Positions 56,478-57,495 of a DNA stretch of 57,495 nt are shown here, one piece after another. The position numbers were made by a program, and so were the translations under genes. Under the pieces are notes generated by a model that was not told the DNA's origin, did not search any database, and saw only the letters and a program-made list of their open reading frames with translations. Within the stretch, counting starts at the first letter, position 1; each line of letters opens with the position of its first letter. Origin of the DNA: a virus (lineage: Duplodnaviria; Caudoviricetes); the IMG/VR virus record IMGVR_UViG_3300044742_000040, positions 1-57,495 of that record, one strand, 5' to 3'.

Positions 56478-56806
56478 AGATCGTGGAAGATCATATCATG
56501 GAGGAATCCGAGGAGAAGCGTTACCGTATGTGTGAACCTCTGGTACAGGATATCGATACAACTATCTTCGATCCGGAATCACCTACGCTTGTCGGAGATA
56601 TCTTCCGATATTCGCAAAAGGAATTCGGCCGATGCGTAAGCAAAGTCTACCAAGATACCAAGGATGGCGTGAAAGCTGTCGGATGGGTATTTCAGAAGCG
56701 TGAGCGTTATGAAGATTCACGTGAGACATTCATCCATGAAACGTGGGTAAGTCTTTATGATGAATGGCAACCGACAATCATAAAGAAACCACACTTCATT
56801 GCGTAG
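56474..56806 (+). CDS. Hypothetical phage protein
   Basis: EFGRCVSKVY...GWVFQKR...ETWV. Confidence 0.7.
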   Translation: MKIVEDHIMEESEEKRYRMCEPLVQDIDTTIFDPESPTLVGDIFRYSQKEFGRCVSKVYQDTKDGVKAVGWVFQKRERYEDSRETFIHETWVSLYDEWQPTIIKKPHFIA

Positions 56807-56937
56807 ATTGAACGGAGAGTAGCGGCATACGCCCGGTACAGGTATTAGGATGAGGCTTAGTCCAAGACTCCGAATCCTTCAATCCGACGGGATTGGCTTA
56901 GGGCCGGAAACGCCCCGCTACTCTCCGTAGAATCTAC
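56803..56937 (+). ncRNA. Long-stem-enclosed structured RNA element
   Basis: GTAGATT-GA-ACGGAGAGTAGCGG pairs with CCGCTACTCTCCGT-AG-AATCTAC. Confidence 0.6.
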
Positions 56938-56950
56938 CAAGGGAGGCAAC

Positions 56951-57187
56951 ATGTCATTTACTCAGGGTACATTCGCTGAGCGTCCTTTGCTTGGTTGGCC
57001 CGGTATTACTATGCGTATGACTTTGATGCATGGTAAGTTCGTTGTCACATGTACCAACGACAACACAGGGCAGGCTAAGTTTCTCTACGAGGGCACAGAG
57101 TTCGGTAGCGCAGCTACCTGCTATAAGCATCCGTTCGTGACTTCGTTCGATGAAGTCAGTGAGATTACTGATCTGGTCACAGCCTAA
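56951..57187 (+). CDS. Hypothetical protein
   Basis: TACCAAGGGAGG RBS. Confidence 0.7.
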   Translation: MSFTQGTFAERPLLGWPGITMRMTLMHGKFVVTCTNDNTGQAKFLYEGTEFGSAATCYKHPFVTSFDEVSEITDLVTA

Positions 57188-57295
57188 TGGATATCGCAAT
57201 TGCTATAGCAATCGTGATACTTCTAGCAGGATTACTGGCAATTAGCAGGGGGCAGTAGCTTTATCCTACCAGGCAATAAGGGACTGCTTTACACG

Positions 57296-57495
57296 GCCGC
57301 GCAGCACAACCAATAAACCAATCATGTACGGAAAGGAATACAGATGGCCGATGCGAGAATCACGGTAAACTTCACTCCCGCAGAGTTTGATCTGATCCGA
57401 GAGTCTTTGGAGTGGGCACGTAACAACCACGAACGGACTTCCAGGGATAACGAGAACGAGCGCATTTTGCGCGACCAGGCACGGAAGGACGCTTT
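57296..57495. repeat. Terminal direct repeat / circular assembly overlap, right copy
   Basis: Matches 1-200 with one mismatch. Confidence 0.95.

Noticed and set aside
1-57495. tRNA genes, integrase/attP, stop-codon recoding
   Set aside because: No cloverleaf with a T-arm consensus and no recombinase motifs were seen by eye. Conserved genes are intact under the standard code and use all three stop codons.

Overview
The window is an apparently complete ~57.3 kb dsDNA tailed-phage genome (siphovirus-type tail) whose ends overlap by 200 bp (1-200 = 57296-57495, one mismatch). It has two arms. The + strand (about 54.1 kb, through the join, to 26.4 kb) carries early and replication genes: DUF932, HNH-AP2, SNF2 helicase, Cas4-like nuclease, AAA_24 ATPase, SSB, primase-helicase, UDG-PolA fusion, DUF5664 and RuvC-like. 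The - strand (53.8 kb to 26.6 kb) carries virion and lysis genes. I recognised no integrase, CI-type repressor, tRNA, CRISPR array or reverse transcriptase. An actinobacterial host is inferred from an Rpf domain. The best candidate for a new system is at 8.7-9.6 kb. A consensus promoter drives a ~65-nt terminated small RNA whose hairpin carries GUACCUCCCUUGGUAC, the reverse complement of an extended RBS motif (CCAAGGGAG) found at the starts of at least 7 phage early/replication genes. It is followed by a second C-rich structured RNA and by an unannotated, probably CTG-initiated, secreted resuscitation-promoting-factor gene. Other notable items are several long-stem structured RNAs between early genes, a shared N-terminal LFEEIS-like motif in four unrelated proteins, a shared MADVR start in three late-arm proteins, and a hidden -1 frameshifted tail chaperone. 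All family assignments come from motif recognition by eye, not from database searches.
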